Of a DNA stretch of 64,000 bases, positions 10,973-20,518 are shown piece after piece; position 1 is the first letter of the stretch; every line of letters begins with the position of its first letter. The translations under genes were made by a program, and so were the position numbers. This DNA comes from Nitrospiraceae bacterium. Lineage in GTDB: Bacteria > Nitrospirota > Nitrospiria > Nitrospirales > Nitrospiraceae. Location: NCBI GenBank assembly GCA_050246315.1, contig JBFWWG010000009.1, forward strand, positions 64,001-128,000. Reading direction: 5' to 3'. The notes under the pieces are model-generated. The model was not told where the DNA came from. It was given only the letters and a program-made list of their open reading frames with translations, and did not search any database.

Positions 10973-11665
10973 CTACGTCCGGCGGGAGAAGAAGCGTGAA
11001 AGCCGGGTGAAGAACGAGGCGAGACTGAAAATCAATCCAGCCACGCTTGGGTACAGGCGGGAAGGGGTCGTTCCCACCGTTTCGTTGAAGGGTGAAAACG
11101 TGATCAGCAACAGGCAGCCGTCGTCGGTGGACGTTTCGCGGTGCAGACTGCCCGCTGCCGACCGGTGGTAATCGCCGGGGAAGAGAGCTTGTCCTTCGCA
11201 GACGCACCCGCCCTCCAACACGAACAACTCCTCCACCGCCGCATGCCGATGCGGGGTATGCCGAGTGCCGGGAGCGAATCGGACCAGCGCCGTCGTCCGC
11301 TGCGTGACCGGATCGTTGTAGAGCACCTTCATCTTCGTGCCGGCCGAGACGTCCAACCAGGTCCCTTCCGAGGCCCTGATGTAGGTGAACTCACGGCCGG
11401 CGGAAGCCTCCCGCTGCGGTTCAGCCTGAATGCGGGTCATGAGTTTGGCTCTGAGATCGGTCGGCGGCGGGACGGGGTCGATCAACGTCGCCAAGCGGGC
11501 GGCCGTCTGCCGGAACTCCGCCACTTCCGCCCTGGCCGTTTGCGCGTCGGCGCCTTCATCCTCGATGAGCCGTTCGAACTCACTCAGCTCCTGTCCGTCA
11601 AGGGCGTTCAGCGCAAGTAACGGAGCTTGGTCCTGTCGATCATCCGGTCGTGCCGGCGTCATCAT
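10973..11665 (-). CDS. anti-sigma factor with ChrR-like cupin domain
   Basis: N-terminal anti-sigma helix region (ALNALDGQELSEFE...PVPPPTDLRAKLM), cupin HRH..E..VLEG..PGDY..GSLH; overlaps ECF sigma stop. Confidence 0.85.
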   Translation of the reverse strand: MMTPARPDDRQDQAPLLALNALDGQELSEFERLIEDEGADAQTARAEVAEFRQTAARLATLIDPVPPPTDLRAKLMTRIQAEPQREASAGREFTYIRASEGTWLDVSAGTKMKVLYNDPVTQRTTALVRFAPGTRHTPHRHAAVEELFVLEGGCVCEGQALFPGDYHRSAAGSLHRETSTDDGCLLLITFSPFNETVGTTPSRLYPSVAGLIFSLASFFTRLSRFFSRRT

Positions 11666-12255
11666 ACGAGTCCTTTTCCATAGGGAGCGAGAAGATCGCG
11701 CAATTTGATCATGCCCAATCGCATGCGCGTTTTGATGGTTCCCAGAGGAATGCCGAGCCGTTCCGCGATTTCACTCTGACTGTACCCGCCGAAGTACGCC
11801 ATCAGAATCGGCTGCCGCTGTTCCGATGATAGAGCCTTCAGCGCCTGCTGCACGATCCGCCGTTGTTGCTCTTCGGCGGACTGAGCCTCGGGCGTTGCTT
11901 GATTCGATGGAAGCCACTCCGCCTCTTCCATCCGCGTAAATGTGGCCCGTTCGGTGCGCCCGGCCCTGATACGGTCGATGGCGCGGGTGCGGGCGAGGGT
12001 CATGAGCCAGCCTCCGGCGGTGCCCCGTTGTCGATCGTAGGTATGGGCCTGCTTCCAGACTTGCGTGAAGACGTCCAGCATGACCTCCTCAGCCGTATGA
12101 GTATTCCCCACGAGACGGAGGATCAGTCCATAGACTTGCGGGCTGGATTGATCATACAGCACGCCAAAGGCGGTTTGATCGCCCTGTGCCGTCTTGGCGA
12201 TGAGGCCGATCCATTCCTGCTCTTTCGCCGATTGCTCAGCCAGCACGCCAACCAT
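11662..12255 (-). CDS. ECF RNA polymerase sigma factor (SigK-like)
   Basis: region 2 (AEEVMLDVFTQVW, WLMTLARTRAIDRIR) and region 4 (SQSEIAERLGIPLGTIKTRMR). Confidence 0.95.
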   Translation of the reverse strand: MVGVLAEQSAKEQEWIGLIAKTAQGDQTAFGVLYDQSSPQVYGLILRLVGNTHTAEEVMLDVFTQVWKQAHTYDRQRGTAGGWLMTLARTRAIDRIRAGRTERATFTRMEEAEWLPSNQATPEAQSAEEQQRRIVQQALKALSSEQRQPILMAYFGGYSQSEIAERLGIPLGTIKTRMRLGMIKLRDLLAPYGKGLV

Positions 12256-12274
12256 CCGTTCGGTCTCCTCACAT

Positions 12275-12303
12275 CTCTACGAGATGAGCGGAGGTATTGG
12301 ATT
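12275..12303 (-). promoter_or_regulatory. candidate ECF autoregulatory promoter
   Basis: AATCCAA-tacCTCCGCtcatct-CGTAGAG, 19 nt upstream of the sigma start; matches the motif at 12441-12469. Confidence 0.7.
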
Positions 12304-12440
12304 CATGGCGATCCATGGTCTGTCCGGACAAAAGATCCGGTAAGGTGGGACCCAAAGGATAGCACTCGGCAATCGGTCGTTCAACCACCCGTCCCAATCG
12401 TCCGAAATTGTAAATGTGAATAATGAAAGTCGAAATCTGA

Positions 12441-12469
12441 AATCCAAACGCTCCGCCGCTCCCGTAGAG
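12441..12469 (+). promoter_or_regulatory. candidate ECF-dependent promoter of the trHb-DUF4331 operon
   Basis: AATCCAA-acgCTCCGCcgctcc-CGTAGAG, same boxes and spacing as the divergent copy. Confidence 0.7.
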
Positions 12470-12548
12470 GCAAACAGGAATTCATGCAACGGAGTTGAGA
12501 AAGAGGAGCACTTCAAGGTCGGTACTCATTTGACAGGAGGGAGCAACG

Positions 12549-13058
12549 ATGAAGATAGGGAAGGCAGGATGGACCTCGTGGATGGTGATCGGGTTGCTGG
12601 CGATCGCGATCCCGGGCTGCAACATGATGGAGTCATCGTCGGGTGGGAGGACGGCGGATCGGTCGCTCTATGAACGGTTGGGAGGCAAGCCGGCGATCAC
12701 CGCGGTGGTGGACGATTTCGTGGCTCGGGTGGCGGCCGACAACCGGATCAACGGGAAATTCGCCAATGCCGACATCCCTCGACTCAAGATGATGTTGGTC
12801 GATCAAGTTTGTGAAGCGTCCGGGGGACCGTGCAAGTACACGGGGCGCGACATGAAGGCGACCCATGCCGGGATGCAGATCACCGGCGGTGAATTCGATG
12901 CCTTGGTCGAGGATCTGGTGGCCACACTACAGAAGTATAAGGTCGGCGATCGCGAGAAGAAGGAGTTGCTCGGCGCGCTTGGCCCGATGAAGGGGGACAT
13001 TGTCTCCTCCCCCGCCGCCATGGGGCCAAAAGAGGACGACCTGAGGCAATCCAATTGA
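12549..13058 (+). CDS. group I truncated haemoglobin with lipoprotein signal peptide
   Basis: SLYERLGG, GGPCKYTGRDMKATH, EFDAL motifs; lipobox-like IPGC. Confidence 0.9.
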   Translation: MKIGKAGWTSWMVIGLLAIAIPGCNMMESSSGGRTADRSLYERLGGKPAITAVVDDFVARVAADNRINGKFANADIPRLKMMLVDQVCEASGGPCKYTGRDMKATHAGMQITGGEFDALVEDLVATLQKYKVGDREKKELLGALGPMKGDIVSSPAAMGPKEDDLRQSN

Positions 13059-13162
13059 TGAGCAGTTCTGAATCCAAAGAGTATTTCCATCAACGGTCGG
13101 CCATGTAGCCGGCTGGCGCTTCTATCACTAGTGGCGCTTACTCCAACAAGGAGAGACAGACC

Positions 13163-14710
13163 ATGACACAACCAGCCATCGTGCGAAGACCCACGAGGAT
13201 GAAACGGAGACTCCGGACGACGGTCCGGCTGGCGACGCTCGCCGTCGGCGCTATCGGCGCAATCGGCGCAATCGGATTGACGGCTGGGGCGGTGATGGCG
13301 TCCAGCCACCGCGAGGCCCCGTTCATCACGGAATTGCCCAAGGTGGATGGCACGGATTTCTACATGTTCCGGAGCTATGAGCCTGGCCGACAGGATTATG
13401 TGACCATCATTGCCAACTATCTGCCTCTGCAGGCGCCATACGGAGGGCCCAATTACTTTCAATTGGACCCCGAGGCCATCTATGAGATTCACATCGACAA
13501 CAACGGAGACGCGAGGGAAGACTTGACCTTCCAATTCCGGTTCAGGAACAGCCTGCAAGATCTGACTGTGCCGGTCGGACCGAGCGGCCAAACGAAAGAT
13601 ATCTCGATACCGTTGATCAATATCGGCCCGATTTCGTCGGGGAATGTGCAGGCCCAGAACATCATCGAGACCTACACGCTCGATGTTGTGAGGGGGCATC
13701 GCCGGACCGGGAACCGGCAACCGGTTGTCAATGCCGGCAACGGCTCGACGACCTTCAGCAAGCCGCTCGATAACATCGGCAGCAAGTCCATTCCGAACTA
13801 CGAGCAGTACGCGGACAGTTTCATCCACACCATTGCCATCCCCGGCTGCGGGTCGCCCGGTAAGGTGTTCGTCGGACAGCGCACCGAACCCTTTGTCGTG
13901 AATCTCGGCGAGGTGTTCGACCTGATCAACCTGAATCCCCTCGGACCGCCGGATGGCCGGCGCAACATCCTCGACGACGCGAACATCACCTCGTTGATCC
14001 TGGAAGTGCCGATCGCTTGTCTCACATCCGGCACCGAGAAGGTCATTGGCGGATGGACCACGGCGAGCTTGCGGCAGGCGCGCCTGTTGCGGACCAGCGC
14101 CACCTTCGATCGTCCGGCGTTGGAGGGCGGAGCCTGGACACAGGTCTCGCGTCTCGCCATGCCGCTTGTCAACGAACTCGTGATCGGATTGAAGGACAAG
14201 AACCTGTTCAATGGTTCCAAGCCGGAGCATGACGGGCAATTTGCGGATTACGTCACGAACCCTTCGTTTCCATTCTTGATCCAAGCCCTGTTCCCAAGCG
14301 CGCCGGCGCCGACTCTCTTCCCGAGGGCGGATCTGGTCGCGGCGTTTCTTACCGGGATCAACACATCGGTGACCGGCAATCTCAATCAGCCGGCCAACGT
14401 GGTGGCATCCGAAATGATGCGGCTCAATACCGGCATTGCCCCCACCCCGAAGGTGGCTCAGAACAATCTTGGTGTGGCCGGGGGGGACCTGGCGGGATAT
14501 CCGAACGGGCGTCGTCCCGGCGACGATGTGGTCGATATCACCTTGCGCGTGGCCATGGGGAAGCTCATTTCCGCGGGGTTATTCGGCAACCCGAGCCAGG
14601 CGCCGGCCGGCGAAGCGCCCCTCACCGACGGGGCTCTGGTGAACGCCTCCTTCTTCGACGAGGCGTTTCCTTATCTGAAGACGCCCATTCCCGGCGCGCC
14701 GATTCAGTGA
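13163..14710 (+). CDS. DUF4331 family exported protein
   Basis: ASSHREAP, DGTDFYMFRS, QVSRLAMPLVNE, GYPNGRRPGDDVVDI motifs. Confidence 0.9.
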   Translation: MTQPAIVRRPTRMKRRLRTTVRLATLAVGAIGAIGAIGLTAGAVMASSHREAPFITELPKVDGTDFYMFRSYEPGRQDYVTIIANYLPLQAPYGGPNYFQLDPEAIYEIHIDNNGDAREDLTFQFRFRNSLQDLTVPVGPSGQTKDISIPLINIGPISSGNVQAQNIIETYTLDVVRGHRRTGNRQPVVNAGNGSTTFSKPLDNIGSKSIPNYEQYADSFIHTIAIPGCGSPGKVFVGQRTEPFVVNLGEVFDLINLNPLGPPDGRRNILDDANITSLILEVPIACLTSGTEKVIGGWTTASLRQARLLRTSATFDRPALEGGAWTQVSRLAMPLVNELVIGLKDKNLFNGSKPEHDGQFADYVTNPSFPFLIQALFPSAPAPTLFPRADLVAAFLTGINTSVTGNLNQPANVVASEMMRLNTGIAPTPKVAQNNLGVAGGDLAGYPNGRRPGDDVVDITLRVAMGKLISAGLFGNPSQAPAGEAPLTDGALVNASFFDEAFPYLKTPIPGAPIQ

Positions 14711-14740
14711 GTTGGCGTGCAGAATCACAAGGGGGACAAC

Positions 14741-14977
14741 ATGATTCGACTCTCATTCAGAGCATTGGCCATCGGTTGCCTCTTGGCGCTGGCCGGCTGC
14801 GGCGGTGATGACGGGGGAGGGCCGGATGGCCAAGCTGGCGGAAGCGGTGGGTCCGCCGACTCGTTCACGACGATGGTGTCTCAGATCGCCTCCACATCGC
14901 TTGAAGATGTCGAGCCGGCCGACGTGGATCGGCTTGCACCTTCTCAACCGGAGGCGACCGAACCGGCCGCACTGTGA
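14741..14977 (+). CDS. small lipoprotein
   Basis: lipobox LAGC followed by GG; lies within the operon. Confidence 0.75.
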   Translation: MIRLSFRALAIGCLLALAGCGGDDGGGPDGQAGGSGGSADSFTTMVSQIASTSLEDVEPADVDRLAPSQPEATEPAAL

Positions 14978-15040
14978 GACGAACGGACGGGCGGGGAGGG
15001 ACAGGCCTCTCCGCACCCCAACCGGACAGGATGGTGAGAG

Positions 15041-16231
15041 ATGCATGGGTATGAGTTGAGGATGACGGTCTTGGCCGCCGCGCTGCTTCTGATCCCCCTG
15101 GCCCCATGGGTCGGCGCTGCCGCCCCGTTCGTTCCCTCGGACGACAAGCAAGCGCTGGAGCGGGTCAGGGAGCGGCCCCTTGATCCCACCTGGCAAGAAC
15201 TGCGACGGCTCCGGGAGGCGGTGAAGCGAAATCCGGGCGACGTGCAGCCGGCCGTGCGATTGGCCGCGCGCTATGTCGAACGGAGCCGGAGCGAGGCCGA
15301 TCCCCGGTATCTTGGGTATGCAGAGGCTGTCCTTGCGCCATGGTTGGCACGAGAGCAGCCTCCGGCGGAAGCGTTACTACTGAGGGCGACGATCCGGCAG
15401 AGCCTGCATCAGTTCGACGAGGCGTTGGCTGATCTTCAGACTGTACTGAAACGACGTCCTGACTCGGCACAGGGCTGGCTGACGGCGGCGTTGATCCATC
15501 AAGTCCAAGGCGACTATGACCAGGCTCGACGCCACTGTGCGCCGCTGATTCGATTGGCCGGAGAATTTGTCGCGGGAGCTTGTCTCGCCTCGGTCGGAAG
15601 CCTCACCGGTCAAGCGGCGGTCAGCTACGATCTGCTTGATCGGGTCTCTCGACGCGGGGCAACCGTGAGTCCTGGAGAACGCCAATGGGTGGCGACGTTG
15701 TTGGCCGAAATGGCGGAGCGACGCGGAGCTGCGGCGGAGGCGGAAGGCCATTATCGAGCGGCCCTGCGGATTGGCCTCCATGATCCCTACCTGTTGGCGG
15801 CCTATGGAGATTTTCTGCTCGATCAGGGCCGCGCCGAGGAGGTGATCGGACTGCTCCAGCAGGACCGTAAGGCGGATGCGCTGCTTCTCAGGCTGGCTCT
15901 CGCAGAGCGGGCGGCGAATCACCCCAACGCGGCGGCGGATCGGGAGATCCTGCGGGCACGGTTCGAGGCGGCCCGGCGCCGAGGGGATCGCACCCATCTC
16001 CGAGAAGAAGCAAGATATGCGCAGCATATGTTGGAGAATGCCGGCCAAGCGTTGCGCCTGGCCCGAGAGAATTGGGCCATCCAGAAGGAGCCGGCCGACG
16101 CCAGAATCTTGTTGGAAGCAGCTACGGCGGCTCAGGACCCCGCGGCAGCCCGTCTCGCCACAGATTGGATCGAGGCGAACCATCTTGAGGACGTGCGTCT
16201 GAACGGGCTCGTCACCCGGAGCAAGGAGTAA
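15041..16231 (+). CDS. exported TPR protein (DUF4331-operon associated)
   Basis: signal peptide, TPR-like Ala/Leu helices, DPRYLGYAE motif. Confidence 0.85.
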   Translation: MHGYELRMTVLAAALLLIPLAPWVGAAAPFVPSDDKQALERVRERPLDPTWQELRRLREAVKRNPGDVQPAVRLAARYVERSRSEADPRYLGYAEAVLAPWLAREQPPAEALLLRATIRQSLHQFDEALADLQTVLKRRPDSAQGWLTAALIHQVQGDYDQARRHCAPLIRLAGEFVAGACLASVGSLTGQAAVSYDLLDRVSRRGATVSPGERQWVATLLAEMAERRGAAAEAEGHYRAALRIGLHDPYLLAAYGDFLLDQGRAEEVIGLLQQDRKADALLLRLALAERAANHPNAAADREILRARFEAARRRGDRTHLREEARYAQHMLENAGQALRLARENWAIQKEPADARILLEAATAAQDPAAARLATDWIEANHLEDVRLNGLVTRSKE

Positions 16232-16234
16232 GGT

Positions 16235-17374
16235 ATGGCGCGCGTCGCCACCCATCTCGGTGCACTGATGTTGTGGATCATCATGCCGACTCTGCCGGCT
16301 TTCGCGCACAAACTCAGCGATAGTTACCTCACCCTGTCGGTCGAGACGAATCGGATCGACGGACGATGGGATATCGCCCTGCGCGACCTGGACTATGCCA
16401 TCGGTTTGGATGCCGACGATGACGGACAGTTGACTTGGGGGGAGGTCCGGTCGCGCCTGCCGGCGATTCACGACTATGTGTTCTCTCGGCTCGCCGTGAG
16501 CATGGGCGAGGCGACCTGTGCCGGCCGTCCGACGGCCGACCTCCTGGATCACCACACGGACGGCACCTATGCCGTGCTGAAGTTCTCCCTCGATTGCCCG
16601 CACCCGACGCTTCGAATGGACATAAACTACAACCTCTTGTTCGATGTGGATCCTCAGCATCGCGGGTTGGCTCAGATCGTGAGCGGGGAAGGCGTTACCG
16701 GCGTCATATTTTCACCCGAGCACGCGCAACAGTCCGTGAGGGTCGGCGCGAGCCGTCCGTGGGGCACGTTGCTGTCGTACGCACATGAAGGTGTGCATCA
16801 CATCTGGAGCGGGATCGATCATCTGCTGTTTCTGATGGCGCTGCTCCTCCCGTCCGTGTTGCGTCGTCGCGACGGGGTCTGGGAGGCGGTGCCGGCCTTT
16901 CGCCCGGCACTGATTCAAACGGCGGCCGTCGTCACGGCCTTCACGGTGGCCCATTCCATCACGCTCACGCTTGCCGCGCTGGACCTGGTCCGGCTCCCTG
17001 CTCGTCTCGTCGAGTCTGCGATCGCCGCCTCGGTCGTGCTGGCTGCGCTCAATAATATGGTGCCCTTGGTGTCCGAGCGACGGTGGGTCGTGGCCTTAGG
17101 GTTCGGCCTGCTGCACGGGTTCGGATTTGCCGGCGCGCTGGCCGATCTGGGGCTTCCACCGAACGCCACCGTGGCAGCGCTCGCCGGGTTCAATCTCGGC
17201 GTCGAGGCGGGACAACTGTTGATCGTCGCCCTGTTCCTCCCGATCGCCTACGGTTTCCGCCGCATGCGGATCTATCAGCGCGGAGTGGTCGCCGCCGGCT
17301 CCTGTTCCATCGCGGCCTTGGCCCTCTGTTGGCTGATCGAGCGCGCCTTTGATGTCAGCCTCTTCCCGTCCTGA
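16235..17374 (+). CDS. HupE/UreJ family membrane protein
   Basis: AH after signal peptide; GVHHIWSGIDHLLF, TAFTVAHSITL, FGLLHGFGFA, FNLGVEAGQ. Confidence 0.9.
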   Translation: MARVATHLGALMLWIIMPTLPAFAHKLSDSYLTLSVETNRIDGRWDIALRDLDYAIGLDADDDGQLTWGEVRSRLPAIHDYVFSRLAVSMGEATCAGRPTADLLDHHTDGTYAVLKFSLDCPHPTLRMDINYNLLFDVDPQHRGLAQIVSGEGVTGVIFSPEHAQQSVRVGASRPWGTLLSYAHEGVHHIWSGIDHLLFLMALLLPSVLRRRDGVWEAVPAFRPALIQTAAVVTAFTVAHSITLTLAALDLVRLPARLVESAIAASVVLAALNNMVPLVSERRWVVALGFGLLHGFGFAGALADLGLPPNATVAALAGFNLGVEAGQLLIVALFLPIAYGFRRMRIYQRGVVAAGSCSIAALALCWLIERAFDVSLFPS

Positions 17375-17443
17375 GAACAGGGCCGGTGCTGAGTCGAGAC
17401 GGCGACGACGGAGATTGACGACGCAAGAGCAAGGTGATACATA

Positions 17444-17470
17444 GTCACACGAATTACAAATTCGTAATAC
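17444..17470. promoter_or_regulatory. candidate NikR operator
   Basis: GTCACAC-N13-GTAATAC with internal inverted repeat ACGAATT-aca-AATTCGT, just upstream of nikR. Confidence 0.55.
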
Positions 17471-17487
17471 TGGTACGGGAGTGTGCT

Positions 17488-17904
17488 ATGAAAAAACTTG
17501 TCCGGTTCGGCGTGTCGCTGGATCATCACCTGCTCGACGACTTCGATGACCTGATCAGCAGGAAGAACTACGCCACCCGCTCCGAAGCGCTTCGCGATTT
17601 GATCCGTGCCAATCTGGTCGAGCAGGAGTGGACGAACGATCAGGAAACGGTGGGGACCGTCACCATGGTCTATGACCACCACGTCCATGAGCTGACCGAC
17701 CGCCTGACAGACCTCCAGCATCGCTATCATCGGCTGATCCTGTCCGGCCTCCACGTGCACCTGGATCACGACCACTGCCTGGAGGTCCTGGTCATGCGCG
17801 GTAGGGGCAGTGAGATCAAGAAGGTCGCGGATCTGCTGATCGGGACGAAAGGGGTGAAGCACGGGAAATTGACGATGACCACGACGGGAAAGGGGGTGAG
17901 CTGA
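17488..17904 (+). CDS. nikR: nickel-responsive transcriptional regulator
   Basis: RHH N-terminus ([16 protein letters not shown]); [17 protein letters not shown] nickel ligands. Confidence 0.95.
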   Translation: MKKLVRFGVSLDHHLLDDFDDLISRKNYATRSEALRDLIRANLVEQEWTNDQETVGTVTMVYDHHVHELTDRLTDLQHRYHRLILSGLHVHLDHDHCLEVLVMRGRGSEIKKVADLLIGTKGVKHGKLTMTTTGKGVS

Positions 17905-17906
17905 CC

Positions 17907-18332
17907 GTGCGCGTCTGTGTCGTCGATGGACAAGGCGGAGGCCTCGGACGTTGTCTGGTGGAGCGATTGCGTCCGCTGACCTTCGACGGGCACGAGGTCG
18001 TGGGAGTCGGGATCAATGCCGCCGCAGCCCGCACGATGCTGGCCGCTGGAGTCGGGCGGGTGGTCGCGGGCGAAGCCGCCATGCGGCAGGTGCTTCCTCA
18101 GGCCGACCTCATTCTCGGTCCGCTGAGCATTGTCTTCCCCGGCTCGATGTCGGGGGACGTGACGTCGGGAATGGCGTCGCTCGTCTTACGCGCGCGGGCG
18201 AAGAAGGTGCTCTTGCCGCTGAATCCGTATGAAGTGGAAGTGGTAGGAGTGGAGGGACGAACCCTCGATACCTTGATCGCCGGGGCCGTCCGGAGGGTCC
18301 GCTCGGTTCTTGAGACGATGCCGGCTCTCTGA
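17907..18332 (+). CDS. DUF3842 family protein
   Basis: VVDGQGGGLG start, M.G.VT and KVLLPLN motifs. Confidence 0.75.
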   Translation: MRVCVVDGQGGGLGRCLVERLRPLTFDGHEVVGVGINAAAARTMLAAGVGRVVAGEAAMRQVLPQADLILGPLSIVFPGSMSGDVTSGMASLVLRARAKKVLLPLNPYEVEVVGVEGRTLDTLIAGAVRRVRSVLETMPAL

Positions 18333-18365
18333 TCGACGAGCTTCTCCTCACATTGTCATGCCGGG

Positions 18366-18457
18366 CCACGAAGGTCTGGAAGGCTGCGTCGCAGCCGACA
18401 CTGGGTCTTCGTGGGCGTCGTCTGTCGCGCCCATGGATTCCCGGTGATGGGAGTCCA
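18366..18457 (+). promoter_or_regulatory. structured 5' leader (candidate cis-regulatory RNA) upstream of TBDR
   Basis: 14-bp stem 18366-18379/18401-18414 (with G-U pairs) enclosing hairpin GGCTGCG-T-CGCAGCC; hairpin TGGATTCCC/GGGAGTCCA covers the SD. Confidence 0.4.
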
Positions 18458-18463
18458 GGCGCG

Positions 18464-20518
18464 ATGACATATCGGCTGACCATTCTCATGGTCGGGCTGT
18501 TCCTCCCGGCCCTTCTGGCTCCGTGCCATGAGAGCCATGCCCATGACCCCGACGCTCCGGAGGTGGAAGCGCCCGAGGTCGCGGTTCTGGCGGACCGTCC
18601 TGTCGCCGCCTCCTCGCAGCAATTTATTCCCGACAAGGAGTACCTCCTTCAGCCTCAAGGTCGGCCTGCCCAGGTGTTGCGCCTGATTCCCGGCTTCATT
18701 GCGGTAGAGCATTCCGGCGGAGCGGGCAAGGCCGACCAATATTTTGTACGCGGATTCGATGCCGACCACGGCACCGACGTCGCGTTCTTTACCGACGGCA
18801 TGCCGATCAACTTTCGCTCGCATGCTCATGGCCAGGGCTACACGGATCTCAACTTCATCATTCCGGAGACGATCGGGGGTGTCGAGGCCACCAAAGGGGC
18901 CTATCTGCCGGAGTACGGTGACTTCAACACGGCTGCGGCGGTCAACTTTCGGACCCGCGAGGTCGTCGAGGAAGGAATCGTTCAGGCGGCTGGCGGACAG
19001 TTCGACACGCAGCGGTACCTTTTGATGTTCTCTCCGACGAAGGATAAGGTCCGCACGTTATTTGCCGGAGAGGCCTACTACACGAACGGACCCTTTCTCA
19101 ACGACAATCGGTACTTCCGGGCCAATTTGCTCGGAAAAATGACGACGAATTTTACCAGCCGCGATGAATTTGCGCTGACCGGCAGCTTTCAGAAAGGCCA
19201 ATGGAATGCATCAGGGGAAATTCCCCAGCGAGCCGTCAACGACGGCTCGCTGGACCGATTCGGCGCCATCGATCCTTCCGAGGGAGGAAACACTACGCGG
19301 GCGACACTCCGTATGAATTATCACTACGACACGCCGTTCGACGGGACATTTTTCGCGAACGCCTACGGACAGTACTACAAGTTCGATCTGTTCACGAACT
19401 TCACGTTCTTTTTGAATGACCCCATCAACGGAGACGGCATTCAGCAATCGGACCGACGAGGCATCTATGGGGGCGACCTTGGATACAAGCAGCGGGCGGA
19501 GCTATTCGGCATTCCCAGCTTGGGGACAATCGGATTTCAAACCCGTGTCGATGACATCCATGGGAGATTGGGAACCCAAACCACACGCGTGCCGACCGGC
19601 ATCACGACGGACAGCAATATCTTCGAAGCCTCGTACGAACCTTATGTCAAAGCCGAAATGCAGCCGGCATCCTGGATGAGATTGTCGGGGGGACTTCGTG
19701 CGCCGATCTTCACGTTTGATGTGAACAATCGATGCAGCACCTGTGTCGAACAGCCGGTCGGACGGAAATCATCCACGATGGTCCTGCCCAAGGCCAATCT
19801 CGTGTTGGGCCCTTGGTTCAAGACGGAGTTCTTTGCCAACTACGGCCAAGGGTACCACAGCAACGATGCGCGGTCGGCTGTGGCGATAGACTCGGTCCCG
19901 CTCGCTCGCGCGCAAACCTATGAGGTCGGTCTGCGCGCCCAACCCTGGGGACCGGACGGACTGATGCTGACCGCTTCCCTTTGGGCGATTGATCTCCAAT
20001 CGGAATTGGTGTTCGTCGGTGACGAGGGCACGACGGAAATGCGAGGCCCTACCAGACGCCGCGGTGTCGAGGTGGCCACGCGGGGCCAGGTATGGGGACC
20101 GCTCTATTTCAACGGGCATCTCGCCTATACCAAGGCGGAGTTCACCAACGGCGACGCCATTCCGCTCGCGCCGGAGCTTACCGCCTACGGTGCCTTGCTG
20201 TTGAAATGGCCCGAGGGACTCACCTCGCAATTGCAGGCCACCTACTTGGGTGTACGCCCGCTGACCGAGGACCGGAGCGTGAACGCCCCGTCCTGGGTCG
20301 ACTTTGATCTGACCGAACGGTATCAATTGCCGTTCAAGCTGTCCCACGGCCGCCTGGAAGCCTTTCTCTTCATCCAGAACATTTTCAACACGAAATGGGA
20401 ACAAGCCATCTTCTTCTTCGAGTCCCGGCTCCGCCAAGAAATCGCCGGGGTGAACGACATTCACTTTGTGCCGGGGAATCCGAGATTTGTGATGGGCGGC
20501 CTCGCGTGGTATTTCTAG
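18464..20518 (+). CDS. TonB-dependent receptor, probably Ni/Co uptake
   Basis: plug motif HSGGAGKADQYFVRGFDADHGTD, SHAHGQGYTD; C-terminal AWYF; downstream of nikR. Confidence 0.9.
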   Translation: MTYRLTILMVGLFLPALLAPCHESHAHDPDAPEVEAPEVAVLADRPVAASSQQFIPDKEYLLQPQGRPAQVLRLIPGFIAVEHSGGAGKADQYFVRGFDADHGTDVAFFTDGMPINFRSHAHGQGYTDLNFIIPETIGGVEATKGAYLPEYGDFNTAAAVNFRTREVVEEGIVQAAGGQFDTQRYLLMFSPTKDKVRTLFAGEAYYTNGPFLNDNRYFRANLLGKMTTNFTSRDEFALTGSFQKGQWNASGEIPQRAVNDGSLDRFGAIDPSEGGNTTRATLRMNYHYDTPFDGTFFANAYGQYYKFDLFTNFTFFLNDPINGDGIQQSDRRGIYGGDLGYKQRAELFGIPSLGTIGFQTRVDDIHGRLGTQTTRVPTGITTDSNIFEASYEPYVKAEMQPASWMRLSGGLRAPIFTFDVNNRCSTCVEQPVGRKSSTMVLPKANLVLGPWFKTEFFANYGQGYHSNDARSAVAIDSVPLARAQTYEVGLRAQPWGPDGLMLTASLWAIDLQSELVFVGDEGTTEMRGPTRRRGVEVATRGQVWGPLYFNGHLAYTKAEFTNGDAIPLAPELTAYGALLLKWPEGLTSQLQATYLGVRPLTEDRSVNAPSWVDFDLTERYQLPFKLSHGRLEAFLFIQNIFNTKWEQAIFFFESRLRQEIAGVNDIHFVPGNPRFVMGGLAWYF

